NCBI RefSeq assembly: GCF_001194135.2
Contig: NC_068981.1
Location: 93,696,350 to 93,760,349, forward strand
Reading direction: 5' to 3'
Source: Octopus bimaculoides
Taxonomy: Eukaryota
DNA length: 64,000 nt
Each line of letters starts with the position of its first letter. Within the stretch, counting starts at the first letter, position 1. The position numbers were made by a program, and so were the translations under genes. The notes under the pieces were generated by a model. The model made no database searches, was not told where the DNA came from, and saw nothing but the letters and a program-made list of their open reading frames with translations. Below are positions 11,894-24,092 of this stretch, piece after piece.

Positions 11894-13516
11894 GTCATTT
11901 TTACATAATCGCATGTGCTTCATCGCACTACATGTATGTTTGTCTGTCTGCATGTTCGTGTAATTGTATGTATATGTTCAATCCAGGACCCCCAAATGGA
12001 GAATCCCTGGAATGTTTTGGACATTTTTATTATACCACTAAACGATTGTCTTTACAGACTACCAGGTACGCCGGGGTCATCCCATAAAAATTGCTGACTT
12101 GTGCCAAAATTAAACACAATCATCACTGCCACTTAGATGCTCCTGAGATCACGTTTCACTGGTGATCAAACAAAATAAACACCAGTGCACGAAAAGCATA
12201 GGAAGAAGAAAGCAGTAAACACCCTAAACTTTAAAATATCTTAGACAACCCCAGCATGTTTAAGCTTCTATGCTTTTATACAAATCCGTTAATACATAAC
12301 CGAGTGCAGCTCTAATGTAAAAGTTGTAAGTTTCTTATTATTACTAGTTCTCCTTTTCACCAGATTTTGACTAAAGATTCACATCAACCGGCCCACTGAT
12401 TTCTAGAAGAGTACAAGATTTTTGTTTGTTGTCCCATAGAACAATATTCGGCTTATTGTGTTCACTACCTAATTATACTGAAGTCTGAATGTTCCACCAG
12501 GATTCATTATTTTAGAGACGTGACTGTATCCTGGTTCCAGTGTGCTTTCCGTACGTAAGACCACCAGGACAATCCTTCCTGTGATATCATTACAGCATTA
12601 TTGTTGGTTTTAGCTATAAAGTCATGTCTCATTTGAAGGTAATATATTGCACCCTTTTCAGCATTTTTTTTTTTTTTTTGGAAGCTGATATGAACGATAT
12701 CTTCACCACAATGCTGAAGCTTAGAGGCATTTTCATCTCTCTTGTTTATCAGATTTTTAGAAGCTATCAATTGTTCCTGGATAGCAAACGAGTAGACTTC
12801 TAGGCGAGATATGATTTATCTATTACAGGTGCAGGGAAAGCTATAATTCCTGTCAATGCTGCTGGTATTCTATAGCGTACAGAAATTGATAATTAATGAG
12901 CATTCAAAATTACCAATATATTTCGGAGAAGATAAAATTTACGTGTATATCTACGTTACTTATATTTAACGTATTCCCTTCGTATTCGTTTATATCATGA
13001 TTTAGCACTGAATGACAGGAACACATTAGATTGCGATTCGACTCTCAGTATAATATTTGCACTATCAATTGATATTCGATACAGTTTCGATTATTCCAGA
13101 AATTCAGACCTTTCAAGTTGAAATTAGAAATTATGACTTGCTACTAACAGTGTAGTTTTAGGAAAAATATTTCGATATACACAAAGCGTATTCTATAATT
13201 TTAAAGATTGGAACATGTTGCACATATTACACTAGCGTAACAAACATTATTGAATATTTCACTAACCACATCCGCAGAATAAGTTGTATTCAGCACTGAA
13301 AGACACCAGAACCATTACCCATATTGCAGGAATTCCAGTGATTACATTGGTGAACATATATTTCATTATGTTACATGATCGATGGAATAGGAATTTGCGG
13401 GCCTTACCAGGAACACACAGTATAACATAGGATTAACCATGTCTTCGACTAATATCCAATTTATCATTTACTACTGAGAAAAAGGCATGTTAAATGTGTA
13501 TGTGTATGAGCATATA

Positions 13517-13549
<33 letters not shown>

Positions 13550-13832
13550 NNNNNNNNNNNNNNNNNNNNNNNNNNNNNNNNNNNNNNNNNNNNNNNNNNN
13601 NNNNNNNNNNNNNNNNNNNNNNNNNNNNNNNNNNNNNNNNNNNNNNNNNNNNNNNNNNNNNNNNNNNNNNNNNNNNNNNNNNNNNNNNNNNNNNNNNNNN
13701 NNNNNNNNNNNNNNNNNNNNNNNNNNNNNNNNNNNNNNNNNNNNNNNNNNNNNNNNNNNNNNNNNNNNNNNNTTGTATTTTTTATATATAAAAATGTAGC
13801 GGCGCACGTACACTTTGGTCTCTTATATGTAA

Positions 13833-13873
<41 letters not shown>

Positions 13874-14082
13874 TAAATTTTGTACGACTTTATTATTCTT
13901 TCTATTCTTTCATTCTTTCTATCAGCCCATTCACACTCGTTCATTCCACTCTTCGTTCTTTCGTTCCCCCTCTCTTACATTTCCTGGCCTTCTCTTCATG
14001 CTCACCTTCCCTCCTCTTTCACTTCACTCTGTCCCTTTCATTTTTTTCTCGCCTTTCCTTAATTCTTCTATCTCTCTGCCTC

Positions 14083-14125
<43 letters not shown>

Positions 14126-15122
14126 CCCACGCGACCAATGTTCGGCCAAGCCTGACCTTTCTTTTTTGGTTCGACTACCATCCGTGCAACATCTATATTC
14201 CTCCTTGTGCCTTTCAAAACTTATGTCTCTGCTGTAAGGCTTTACTTCCACACACGCCAGCTTAATTTAATTCGTCCTTAGTCGAAAGACACCCGTTGTT
14301 AATGTCCTGTTATTTGTATTTGTGTACCATTTCTCCGTTTTTTCCGTCGCTGCTTTCTTCTAAGGAATCTACTTCTCTTAGCTTAGTTTTTCCTTGGGGC
14401 TGGCCAGATTGGAGCAATCTCGAGTATAACCAGCCGAAATTGCAAAGATAATCTGGAACTCGATTACTGAAAGAAAACTCCAAATGACCCGTCCTTGTTT
14501 TCTTTGTATCGTCTGTCTGGATGTTTTGCGTTCTTGTCCCATTTTTGTATTTTTTATATATAAAAATATAGCGGCGTACGTACNNNNNNNNNNNNNNNNN
14601 NNNNNNNNNNNNNNNNNNNNNNNNNNNNNNNNNNNNNNNNNNNNNNNNNNNNNNNNNNNNNNNNNNNNNNNNNNNNNNNNNNNNNNNNNNNNNNNNNNNN
14701 NNNNNNNNNNNNNNNNNNNNNNNNNNNNNNNNNNNNNNNNNGCTAGTGTGTAGCTTTTAAGCAACTGACCCTGAATGCGTCGGAATGTTTTTAATTTACT
14801 CCTGGAGTTAGCCTTTAGATTATAAAAATTGTTATCGTACAAAAAATTTGTCGCAAAAAGTCAGGTAAAAAAATCGCCAAAAATAATCACAATCAAGAAA
14901 ACTTGAGAATCCAAAATTTCAGAATTGTGGGTCTGGATTCGGCACGGAATGTTTTTAATTTACTCATGGAGTCAGCCTGATTCCAAAATGGTATGATATT
15001 TTGGGCTACAGTCTCTATGAGTAAAGTTGAAAAAGTGACATACACATTTATTATATTAGATGTTTAATTTTCGGGAAGTTTTATTTCAATTAAAGTGTAT
15101 TTTCTATATATGTGTGTGTGCC

Positions 15123-15183
<61 letters not shown>

Positions 15184-15289
15184 GTCTGTCTGTATTTGTG
15201 TGTGTGTGTGTGTGTATTAAAGAAAGCAAAAATGATTGCGTTCAGTATATTGTTGACAGGAATTTCTGTCCAAGAGACATGGTTAAACA

Positions 15290-15557
15290 AATTACACATC
15301 ACTTTTCTCTTTCTCTCACATGCTAACTCTTTCTCTCTCTTTTATTATTACTCCCACTACCACCTTCAACATAAGTTTTAATAAAACATTAACTCACCCT
15401 AAATTTCTTTGTCTCTCTTTCTCTTCCTCTCTTTTTCTTTGTGTCACTCTCTCTCTCTGTCTTCGCCACCGCCCTTACCGTCGCTATTCCTACTATATTA
15501 CTCTCACCCCATCATGAGGAATAGTAGGAGTGTCATTGAATAGTGAGAGAGGGGGTC
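15290..15557 (+). mobile_element. Unclassified CT-rich dispersed repeat (family G)
   Basis: Aligns with 43100-43440: attactcccact...ccctaaatttcttt...gaggaatagtag(g/a)agtgtcattgaatagtgaga. Confidence 0.75.
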
Positions 15558-15790
15558 TATATATATATATGTGTGTGTGTGGGTGTGTGTCTTTGTGTGT
15601 GTGTTTGTCCCCATCACTGCTTGACAACTGGTGTTGATGTGTTTACGTTCCCGTAAACCAGCGGTTCGGCAAAAGGGACGGTACAATAAGTACTAGGCTT
15701 AAGAAACGAGTCCTGGGGTCGTTTTGTTTTTACTCCGACTAAAACCCTTCTAGGCGGTGCTCCAGCATGACTGAAACAAGTAAAAGAATA
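15558..15790 (+). mobile_element. SINE family F 3' half
   Basis: Microsatellite followed by tttgtccccatcactgcttgacaactgg...aggcggtgctccagcatgactgaaacaagtaaaagaata. Confidence 0.8.
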
Positions 15791-15926
15791 TATATATACG
15801 TAAATATTGAACGATAAAATGAGTGCTCAACACCGCATTGATGGATATATAATTTCTTTATTTGTGAATTAAGGCTACCATTGGTTTCATGTTAAAGAAA
15901 GTAGGAAAATATCCTACTGTGGTAGC

Positions 15927-15987
15927 AAATATCCTAGTGTCTTAACAAATATCCTAGTGTCTTAACAAATATCGTAGTGTCTTAACA
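15927..15987. repeat. 20-bp minisatellite, 3 units (aaatatcctagtgtcttaac)
   Basis: Seen directly. Confidence 0.9.
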
Positions 15988-15998
15988 AGTTTTCAAGC

Positions 15999-16088
<90 letters not shown>

Positions 16089-16372
16089 CATTTTCTTCTC
16101 CAACTAACACAAGTAAAGCAGAATCATGGCTACTAATTCTAAATATGACTACGGTTGTTGCTGAAAAGGTGACATACATAACGTTAGCTTCAAACGTCTG
16201 TATTATGTCTTCAGTTGAATTGTTCGCTCTGTTATACTAACGAACCAAATGTCAAAAGCTAAAAACTAAAAACGAAATGCATCAAATGTCAAAGGAAAAA
16301 GAACAAATAACGAAAAACGAAAATTATCTTTATGTAGAGATATATCTAATCATGGATATCATTGGCAAGGTG

Positions 16373-16405
<33 letters not shown>

Positions 16406-16941
16406 TGTGCGTGAGTGCATGTGTATAAGCGTGTGTGTTATGCGTACATATGTTTGAGTGTGTTTTTGTTTTTGTGATTTTTTTTAGTATTGCGAATTGT
16501 CTGTAGCTCTGATGTTATTTGCGTTGAATTCTTGTGCTCGTGTATATCTGTCTCTTTCTGTATGTATGTGTGTGTCTGTGTGTGTCTGTGTGTCTGTGTG
16601 TCTGTGTACATGTGAGTGTGTGCGCGTGGGTGTGCGTATGAGCGTGCGTGAGTAGCTTTCTCTTTTTTTTTTAATTATCTAAATTTTACAAAGAAGGAGC
16701 GCTGCTTTCTGATAAAGGCGCAAATCTCCACCGCCGGTATGTAGCTAACAGCAACGGTGAAAAGTTACATGCTGGATTTCAGAGGAGTTTTTCTTCTCTT
16801 CTTTACTGATACGTTTACAGAATGCATTTGCTAAATACATCTTAGCTGGTTACTTTCTTTACTCGAAAATCCTAACTTTTCAAGGTTATTACTAAGGTAT
16901 TTAGTAGCATAATCATATACATGCATTCATACATACGTACA

Positions 16942-16972
<31 letters not shown>

Positions 16973-17089
16973 GTGTGAGTGTCTGTGCGTGTGCATGTGT
17001 GTGTTTGTGTGTGTGTGTGTGTGTATGTGCGTCTGTGTGTGTAGTGCATGTATGCATTCGTGTGTGTGTGTGTGTGTATATGCGCGTGC

Positions 17090-17502
17090 ATAGGCGCTGG
17101 TGTGACAGTGTGGTAAGAAGTTTGCTTCCCAACTACATGGTTCCGGGTTTCAGTCCCATTGCGTGACACCTCAGGCAAGTGTCAACTATAGCCTCGTCCC
17201 GATCAAAGCATTGTGGGGGGATTTTGTAGACGGAAACTGAAAGAAGCTCGTCGTATATATATATATTTGTGTGTGTGTGTGTGTGTGTATGTGTGTGTGT
17301 GTGTGTGTGCTTGTTTGTTTGCCACCACTACCTGAAAACCGGTGTTCATGTGTTTCCCTCCACATAACTTAACAGTTCAGCAAACGAGACGGACAAAATT
17401 AGTACCAAGCTTAAGAATAAAAATAATTACTGCGGTCAATTCGTTCGACGACAATACGTTAGGTTGGTACCCCAGCGTAGCCGTAGTCTAATGACTGAAA
17501 CA
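17090..17502 (+). mobile_element. SINE family F, near full length
   Basis: Head tgtggtaagaagtttgcttcccaac...ggttccgggtttcagtccc, then an internal microsatellite and a 3' half ending aatgactgaaaca. Confidence 0.85.
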
Positions 17503-17823
17503 TCTATATATATATNNNNNNNNNNNNNNNNNNNNNNNNNNNNNNNNNNNNNNNNNNNNNNNNNNNNNNNNNNNNNNNNNNNNNNNNNNNNNNNNNNNNN
17601 NNNNNATATGCTTAAAATAATATAGGGTAGCAAAATTTTAGAAATTTTTCTACCAGTGGCCTAGCATGTATAAGAAGTCAATAGACAACATATTTTCCAT
17701 ATAAAATTAGTGTACATTTAAACACAAAAAAAGGTGACCTTTTACAGACTGCCTTGCATACTAGAAGGAGCACTCAAAACATCCAAAACCACACTTAAGA
17801 GCATTTCGAAGAGAATGAAAAAT

Positions 17824-18089
17824 TAAAACTTTTACCATTTTTTTTTTGCAGCCAGACCTTGGTTTCGAACTTCAATTTTTGTAATTTCTGAAGTTAGTCG
17901 ACATTTTTTATATGCTGTCGACTGAAACTGCGCTTGCGCGGTGGATTTGAAAAATTATAATATATAATGATGAGACACGTGTTATTCTGTCGCTAAATTA
18001 TTGATGAGAACTACGCCTAGCAAATTATTTTATTTGCTAATTAAAGTTCGAAACCTAGATCTGGCTGAAAAATATGGGAAAAGTTTTTA
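17824..18089. mobile_element. MITE-like element with about 52-bp imperfect terminal inverted repeats
   Basis: 17824-17877 (taaaacttttaccatt...gcagccagaccttggtttcgaacttcaatt) versus 18039-18089 (aattaaagttcgaaacctagatctggctg...gggaaaagttttta). Confidence 0.75.
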
Positions 18090-18130
18090 TGCAGTGTTGA
18101 GCACTCATTCTCATTGTTCGACATTTACGC

Positions 18131-18196
<66 letters not shown>

Positions 18197-18617
18197 GCGT
18201 GAGAATGTCTTGTCATGAGCGGTAAGTACCTCCTAGTGGAAAGTGTCAGGCTGAACATGTCCAGAGGATGGGCCCGAACCGGTAGTCGGAAATTTGGATG
18301 ACTGCAAAAAAGTACAGTTGAATGAGTTGGTTATATTTTACAAAAAATGGAGTTCGCGTTTCCAAAACTTTTACATAGCAAAGGTAGAATGAAAGCCGGA
18401 AAGCCAGCTTCATTGAAACAGTGTAGTAAGTACAAAAGGAAAACAACCAACGAATTGAATTCTTTTGCATTAGTAGCTGATGTAATTTGGCATTAAAAAC
18501 TAATGTTCTTTCATGCGGTCAAATATGACTATATAGAAATGTAGGAATTCATCAACTTCAAACGATTAAATCAACTCTATTAAACCTATTCAAGATACTT
18601 TTTCTCATTCGCAAAAT

Positions 18618-18681
<64 letters not shown>

Positions 18682-19671
18682 NNNNNNNNNNNNNNNNNNN
18701 NNNNNNNNNNNNNNNNNNNNNNNNNNNNNNNNNNNNNNNNNNNNNNNNNNNNNNNNNNNNNNNNNNNNNNNNNNNNNNNNNNNNNNNNNNNNNNNNNNNN
18801 NNNNNNNNNNNNNNNNNNNNNNNNNNNNNNNNNNNNNNNNNNNNNNNNNNNNNNNNNNNNNNNNNNNNNNNNNNNNNNNNNNNNNNNNNNNNNNNNNNNN
18901 NNNNNNNNNNNNNNNNNNNNNNNNNNNNNNNNNNNNNNNNNNNNNNNNNNNNNNNNNNNNNNNNNNNNNNNNNNNNNNNNNNNNNNNNNNNNNNNNNNNN
19001 NNNNNNNNNNNNNNNNNNNNNNNNNNNNNNNNNNNNNNNNNNNNNNNNNNNNNNNNNNNNNNNNNNNNNNNNNNNNNNNNNNNNNNNNNNNNNNNNNNNN
19101 NNNNNNNNNNNNNNNNNNNNNNNNNNNNNNNNNNNNNNNNNNNNNNNNNNNNNNNNNNNNNNNNNNNNNNNNNNNNNNNNNNNNNNNNNNNNNNNNNNNN
19201 NNNNNNNNNNNNNNNNNNNNNNNNNNNNNNNNNNNNNNNNNNNNNNNNNNNNNNNNNNNNNNNNNNNNNNNNNNNNNNNNNNNNNNNNNNNNNNNNNNNN
19301 NNNNNNNNNNNNNNNNNNNNNNNNNNNNNNNNNNNNNNNNNNNNNNNNNNNNNNNNNNNNNNNNNNNNNNNNNNNNNNNNNNNNNNNNNNNNNNNNNNNN
19401 NNNNNNNNNNNNNNNNNNNNNNNNNNNNNNNNNNNNNNNNNNNNNNNNNNNNNNNNNNNNNNNNNNNNNNNNNNNNNNNNNNNNNNNNNNNNNNNNNNNN
19501 NNATATATATATATATATATATAGTTGAAAAGGGCTTAAGAGTGCATACAAATATGGTTGAAAAAATAAATTGAAAGCACAAACAATAATAAAAGGCACA
19601 AAAGTATATTTTAGAGAATGTTTAATATTTTTGTTACAGTAGGAGATTTAAAATATAACCGGATTCGATGT

Positions 19672-19861
19672 ATCCATCTTATCAAATATTAAAAAGAATT
19701 TTTTAGGAAGCGAAAGAGAAAAAAATTGGGTGGTTAACAGTTTGTACCCATCTTTTAGTGCGTAATGTACTATGGGTACAAACAGTTAACTCCGCCCCAA
19801 TTTTTTTTCTCCTTCGCTCCCTAAAAAACTCTTTTTAATATCATCCATCTTATCAAATATT
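19672..19861. repeat. Foldback with about 68-bp arms and a 20-nt loop, flanked by 19-bp direct repeats
   Basis: Arms at 19686-19751 and 19772-19841. ATCCATCTTATCAAATATT at 19672-19690 and 19843-19861. Confidence 0.85.
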
Positions 19862-20048
19862 CAAAACCGGTGTTGGTGTGTTTACGTCGCCGTCACTTAA
19901 CGGTTCAGCAAAAGAAACCGATACAATAAGTACCAGGTTTAAGAAAAAATAAGCCCTGGGGTCGATTTGTTCCACTAAAACCTTTCGAGGCGGTGCTTCA
20001 GTTTGGTCGCAATCTAATGACTGATACAAGTAAAAGAATAAAAGAATA
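19862..20048 (+). mobile_element. 5'-truncated SINE family F
   Basis: accggtgttggtgtgtttacgtc...ggggtcgatttg...aagtaaaagaataaaagaata tail. Confidence 0.8.
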
Positions 20049-20677
20049 AACTGTCATTCTTGGTACGCCTGGAACTTCTATCTTAATTTAACCGGTTCAT
20101 TGTATTCCTTCAATCTATAATGAGGAATGGATAATAGCCATTCCTATAATTGGGTTTGAAAGATTGAAACCGTCCAGCTGACTTATCTTATATATGTAAG
20201 GACAAATTCTTCAACTGATGCACTCATGACACAAGTCAAAAGTTTCTGGAATCTATGTAAATACATTGTTTTTATATTTATTCTTTATTCTTTTTACTCT
20301 AATGTATTTTGGTTAGAAATTTATTTTATACTGTAAAGCAAGCATAACATGAAAGAAATTTCAGTTAATTTCCAGCTACTTTATAAGTACTACTATAGCT
20401 CTCATTATTTACGCTGGATTTTTTTTACCTTTTAAGTTTTGGAATTCGTTAACATTCAACGAGTTTTGTGATTAGAGTTGGTTCTGAAAGAAGCTATCAA
20501 CTGAAATTCAATTGTGCAGCAAACAGAATGGCGACATTTGCACGGTAATATATTTTCCTTTCCCTTACGTAAGAAACACAGACAAGAATTTAATCTAAAC
20601 ATTTCTCACTAAGAAATGTTCTGACTCCAACTAATTTATTGGTGTGTTATTTACTTTTATTTGTTATTGCTTTTCAG

Positions 20678-20706
20678 ATGATGACGACAATGCTGAAGTC
20701 TTATAG
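20678..20706 (+). other. Candidate 29-nt exon of an unidentified transcript
   Basis: Polypyrimidine tract plus ttttcag acceptor and AG|GTAAAC donor. Reads MMTTMLKSY in one frame or DDDNAEVL-stop in another. No homology recognised. Confidence 0.25.
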
Positions 20707-21211
20707 GTAAACAAATATTTTTTTCTGTACTCATGAAGCTGAACATTTTGGGGCGGGGCAGAATCGTTAGAAGATGTAACGCCCATGTCATTGATATATC
20801 TGACCAATTGTAGTTTAATTGGAGTAAAGACTAGTATCTGTAATAATAAACAGATCTATTACAAAGAATCCATTATTTAAATGCTACATATCTTATCGAA
20901 ACCGATTGGTTGAAAACTTGATCCTGATCAAATCTTAACTTAAACCCAGAAGACAAAAGATTAAATCGTACATACTTCTACTGGCGTGCCAATGATACTG
21001 CTAAGGAACCCTTTTTGTGTCCTTTACATTTCTTCTCTTTTTTTAATTTGTAATAAAACAATAAGATGAAAATTGAATTTCTTTCAGAGATCTAATTTAC
21101 TGTTCTGATACTTAATTATAGATTTTGTATGGTTAAGTGGATTAGTATCAAATTCCACCTCTGATAAGGCAGACTTCTAGAGAGATATATACCAGAAGAT
21201 CTATTTCTTTC

Positions 21212-21349
21212 TGTTATATCGAACGTTCGGATGACCTCTCTATTCTTTATTCGGCACTTACAGCCACAACAGAGCGACGTCTGGACTTCTCCCTTTATAT
21301 CTACGTATTGGGCTAGCCTACTTCATCGTCTGGAGGCCTCGACACTACA
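21212..21349 (-). mobile_element. 138-bp solo LTR with 5-bp TSD (CTTTC)
   Basis: TGT...ACA termini, with CTTTC at 21207-21211 and 21350-21354. On the minus strand it has TATAAA followed by AATAAA. Confidence 0.85.
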
Positions 21350-21845
21350 CTTTCCAACGTCGCAAGGAAAAGAGAACGTAGATTGACTTGTTCTTTACAG
21401 AAAGAGATAAAACACAAGAAGTTATATAAATTTCTAATCTATAGGCGATGCTCCGGTACTTTATCCTATTCGTCATTTTGCCTCAAAGTTTAGATGCTTT
21501 ACGCAAGATATTTGTTGCAGTAACGGCTACAGAATTATTTTTCAATGACACGGATAGTGTTGATATTCTAAAACATAATTGTTATGTGCATGACAAGAAA
21601 TTGAGTACATCTCAATTTATATCAAATTTTCGTTTACACTAAATGAATAAATAATCATGTTTCGCATTTACGCAATGCCACACATAATATAATGTAGAGA
21701 ATCAAGTTGGTTCAAGTAATTGCAATGCATTCTTGTTCCTTATCAACTTGTGGGAATACGTGGAAAGTATAACAAAAGTAAAAGTTTCGAGTATTTATTC
21801 TGCCGCCCTAAGCATTCCACTACAATACTTTAAGCAGAAAATCTG

Positions 21846-22157
21846 ATAAAAACTAAGTTGGCTTAGCTGTTGATGTTTTGAATGATATATTATTCTTTGA
21901 AAGCACAACAACAATGATAGTGAATATTTTATGATAATAAAGAATGTAAAAGCAAATCTGAATGTTTGATGTGCGTAGGTGGTTTCGAAATATGTATTTG
22001 TAGTTCAAATTTCGAAACCACCTACACACATCAAAAAATCAGATTTGCTTTTACATTCTTTATTATTATCATAAAATATTCACTATCATTATGGCTGTGT
22101 TTTCGAAGAATAATATACCATTCAATACATCAACAGCTAAGCCAACTTAGTTTTTAT
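21846..22157. mobile_element. About 310-bp near-perfect foldback (palindromic MITE)
   Basis: Arms of about 145 bp (21846-21990 and 22010-22157) around a 19-nt loop, with TA at the ends. Confidence 0.9.
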
Positions 22158-22817
22158 ACATCACTTAATCTTGACATTTTAAAAATTCAAGTTTGCATTG
22201 ATTTAGAAATGATTCATACATATATTAATGTGTCTGTGTATATGTGTTTCTACGCTTATTCATTTAAAAGTGACCTGTCTATTATTCAACAATATTTGCA
22301 TTATTATCGCATCATTAAGCTAACAATAAACTTTAAATTTGTGATAAATAACAACCTGCAGTTTACTGGACGGATTATTATATTTTCGTTTTAGAAATAT
22401 TTGCATATCTAAGCGCAGATCTTTCCAACAATTGTCCTTAAAAATAAACACTATCGAATTTTAAAATTCATATTTATAGAATTTAAGAAAATCCACTCAA
22501 TCTTATTGGATTTTTAAGAGTATCATAAGTAATCTTTCATGACAGGAACATTCTAACATTCAGCTAAATTTTCTACATTGTTTAGTGTGTGAGTATATTA
22601 ATTTTAGAAATAGAAGCTACTTTCGTGACCCTTTTAACTTATTTCTGAAAATCAATAATGAAATTTTTATTGGTGAAGTTTCAACTATTTTCATATTTAA
22701 TATACGTATTACTACCTTTAGGTAAATCTTATGAAATCGTTCTTTTTTATTCTTTATTATAAACCACCTCTCAACAGCACGATTGAGTTTAACTTGATCT
22801 TATTTTAGGTATGACAT

Positions 22818-22980
22818 TGTTGTGTCGACGTCCCCAAGCGAAGAAGTAGGATCGCCCAAGACATATAAATAAAAGTAGTCTGGCCGTGGTAGGGGTCGAG
22901 TGACTGTTGAGTAGCCGTCGTGTAGCGGTTGAGTAGAGATCATCCGAAGGTGCTAGATACCAGTAGCTTGAAACATAATA
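22818..22980 (+). mobile_element. 163-bp solo LTR with 5-bp TSD (GACAT)
   Basis: Starts TGTTGTGTCGACG and ends ...CATAATA. GACAT at 22813-22817 and 22981-22985. Alignable over its full length with 49600-49763. Confidence 0.8.
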
Positions 22981-23620
22981 GACATAAAAGTAAATCCTTA
23001 TTACATTTTAACCAGAAAAAGATTAAAATACCCATTAAGCATATAAATTATCTACAAGTAATGAGAGTGATGAAGCTGATACTTAGTCTCAACTTTAATA
23101 AACCATCATCTAAAGAATAATGTGGTAATGTAGCGGATTTCAGATCTCATCTCCGAGAAGGAATAATTTTGTAAGTCCTTAGTACAAAATATACGATTCA
23201 TACAGTACAAAATATGCGATACATTTACGTTCCATAAGACTGTATGCTATGAAATATACAATTTATGTAAATAGCTATCAATTAATCAATGCAGATAAAC
23301 AAATAAATATTTATCGCAATTAATTCCTTGGCCATTCATGATCATATGCATACATTAATGCAAATTCAGGTAGTTTGGATTTCAGATTAATAAAAATGGT
23401 ATCTGCGATATTTCCAACTTTTCCAAGTAATTAATGCTGTGAGTGGATTATAAGAGCAGAAGTGGTAATAAAAGCCTAATGTAACAGTCAGTTCACTTTG
23501 TACTTACTAAACTATGGCGCTTAACACTATATCGATATTGAATAATAAAGCACATTTTAGAAGAATGGTTAGTATGCAACAGTGGCCCTTTCTACACATA
23601 CGCATTCAGTTTGATACAAT

Positions 23621-23921
23621 AGCTTAGTGGTTAAGATACTCGGCTCACGATTGTACGATCGTAAGTTCAATTCTCAGCAGTGCGTTGTGTCCTTCAGCAA
23701 GACACCTTATTTCACATTTCTCCAGTCCACTCAGCTGACAAAAATGAGATGTACCTGTGATTCAAAGGGCCAGCCTTTTCATATTGTGTCACTATGAATC
23801 TCCCGGAGAACTACGTTAAGGGTACGCGTGCCTGCGAAGTGTCCAGTCACTTGCGCGTTAATTTCACAAACCATTGATCAGATCAACTGGAACCCACATC
23901 GTCGTAACCGACGGAAAGCCA
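23621..23921 (+). mobile_element. tRNA-derived SINE family D
   Basis: tRNA-like head, central domain shared with B and E, and 3' tail shared with C (gagaactacgttaagggtac...tcgtcgtaaccgacgg). Confidence 0.8.
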
Positions 23922-23953
23922 ATGAGTAAACGTCTTCTAAGATTGTTTCAAAG

Positions 23954-24092
23954 TGTTTTGTCGACGCCCCCAGACGATGAAGTAGGCTAGCCCAATACGT
24001 AGTTAAGTAGAGGTCATCTGAACGTGCGATATAACAGTGGCGACAAGGATTTCGTAGCTCACACAGCCACTGTGTAGTATTGCGATATAACA
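23954..24092 (+). mobile_element. Collapsed LTR retrotransposon remnant: deleted 5' LTR, PBS and 3' LTR stub, with 5-bp TSD (CAAAG)
   Basis: 23954-24036 matches both ends of the 21212 LTR. TGGCGACAAGGAT at 24038-24050. Second ...GCGATATAACA end at 24092. CAAAG at 23949-23953 and 24093-24097. Confidence 0.75.
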
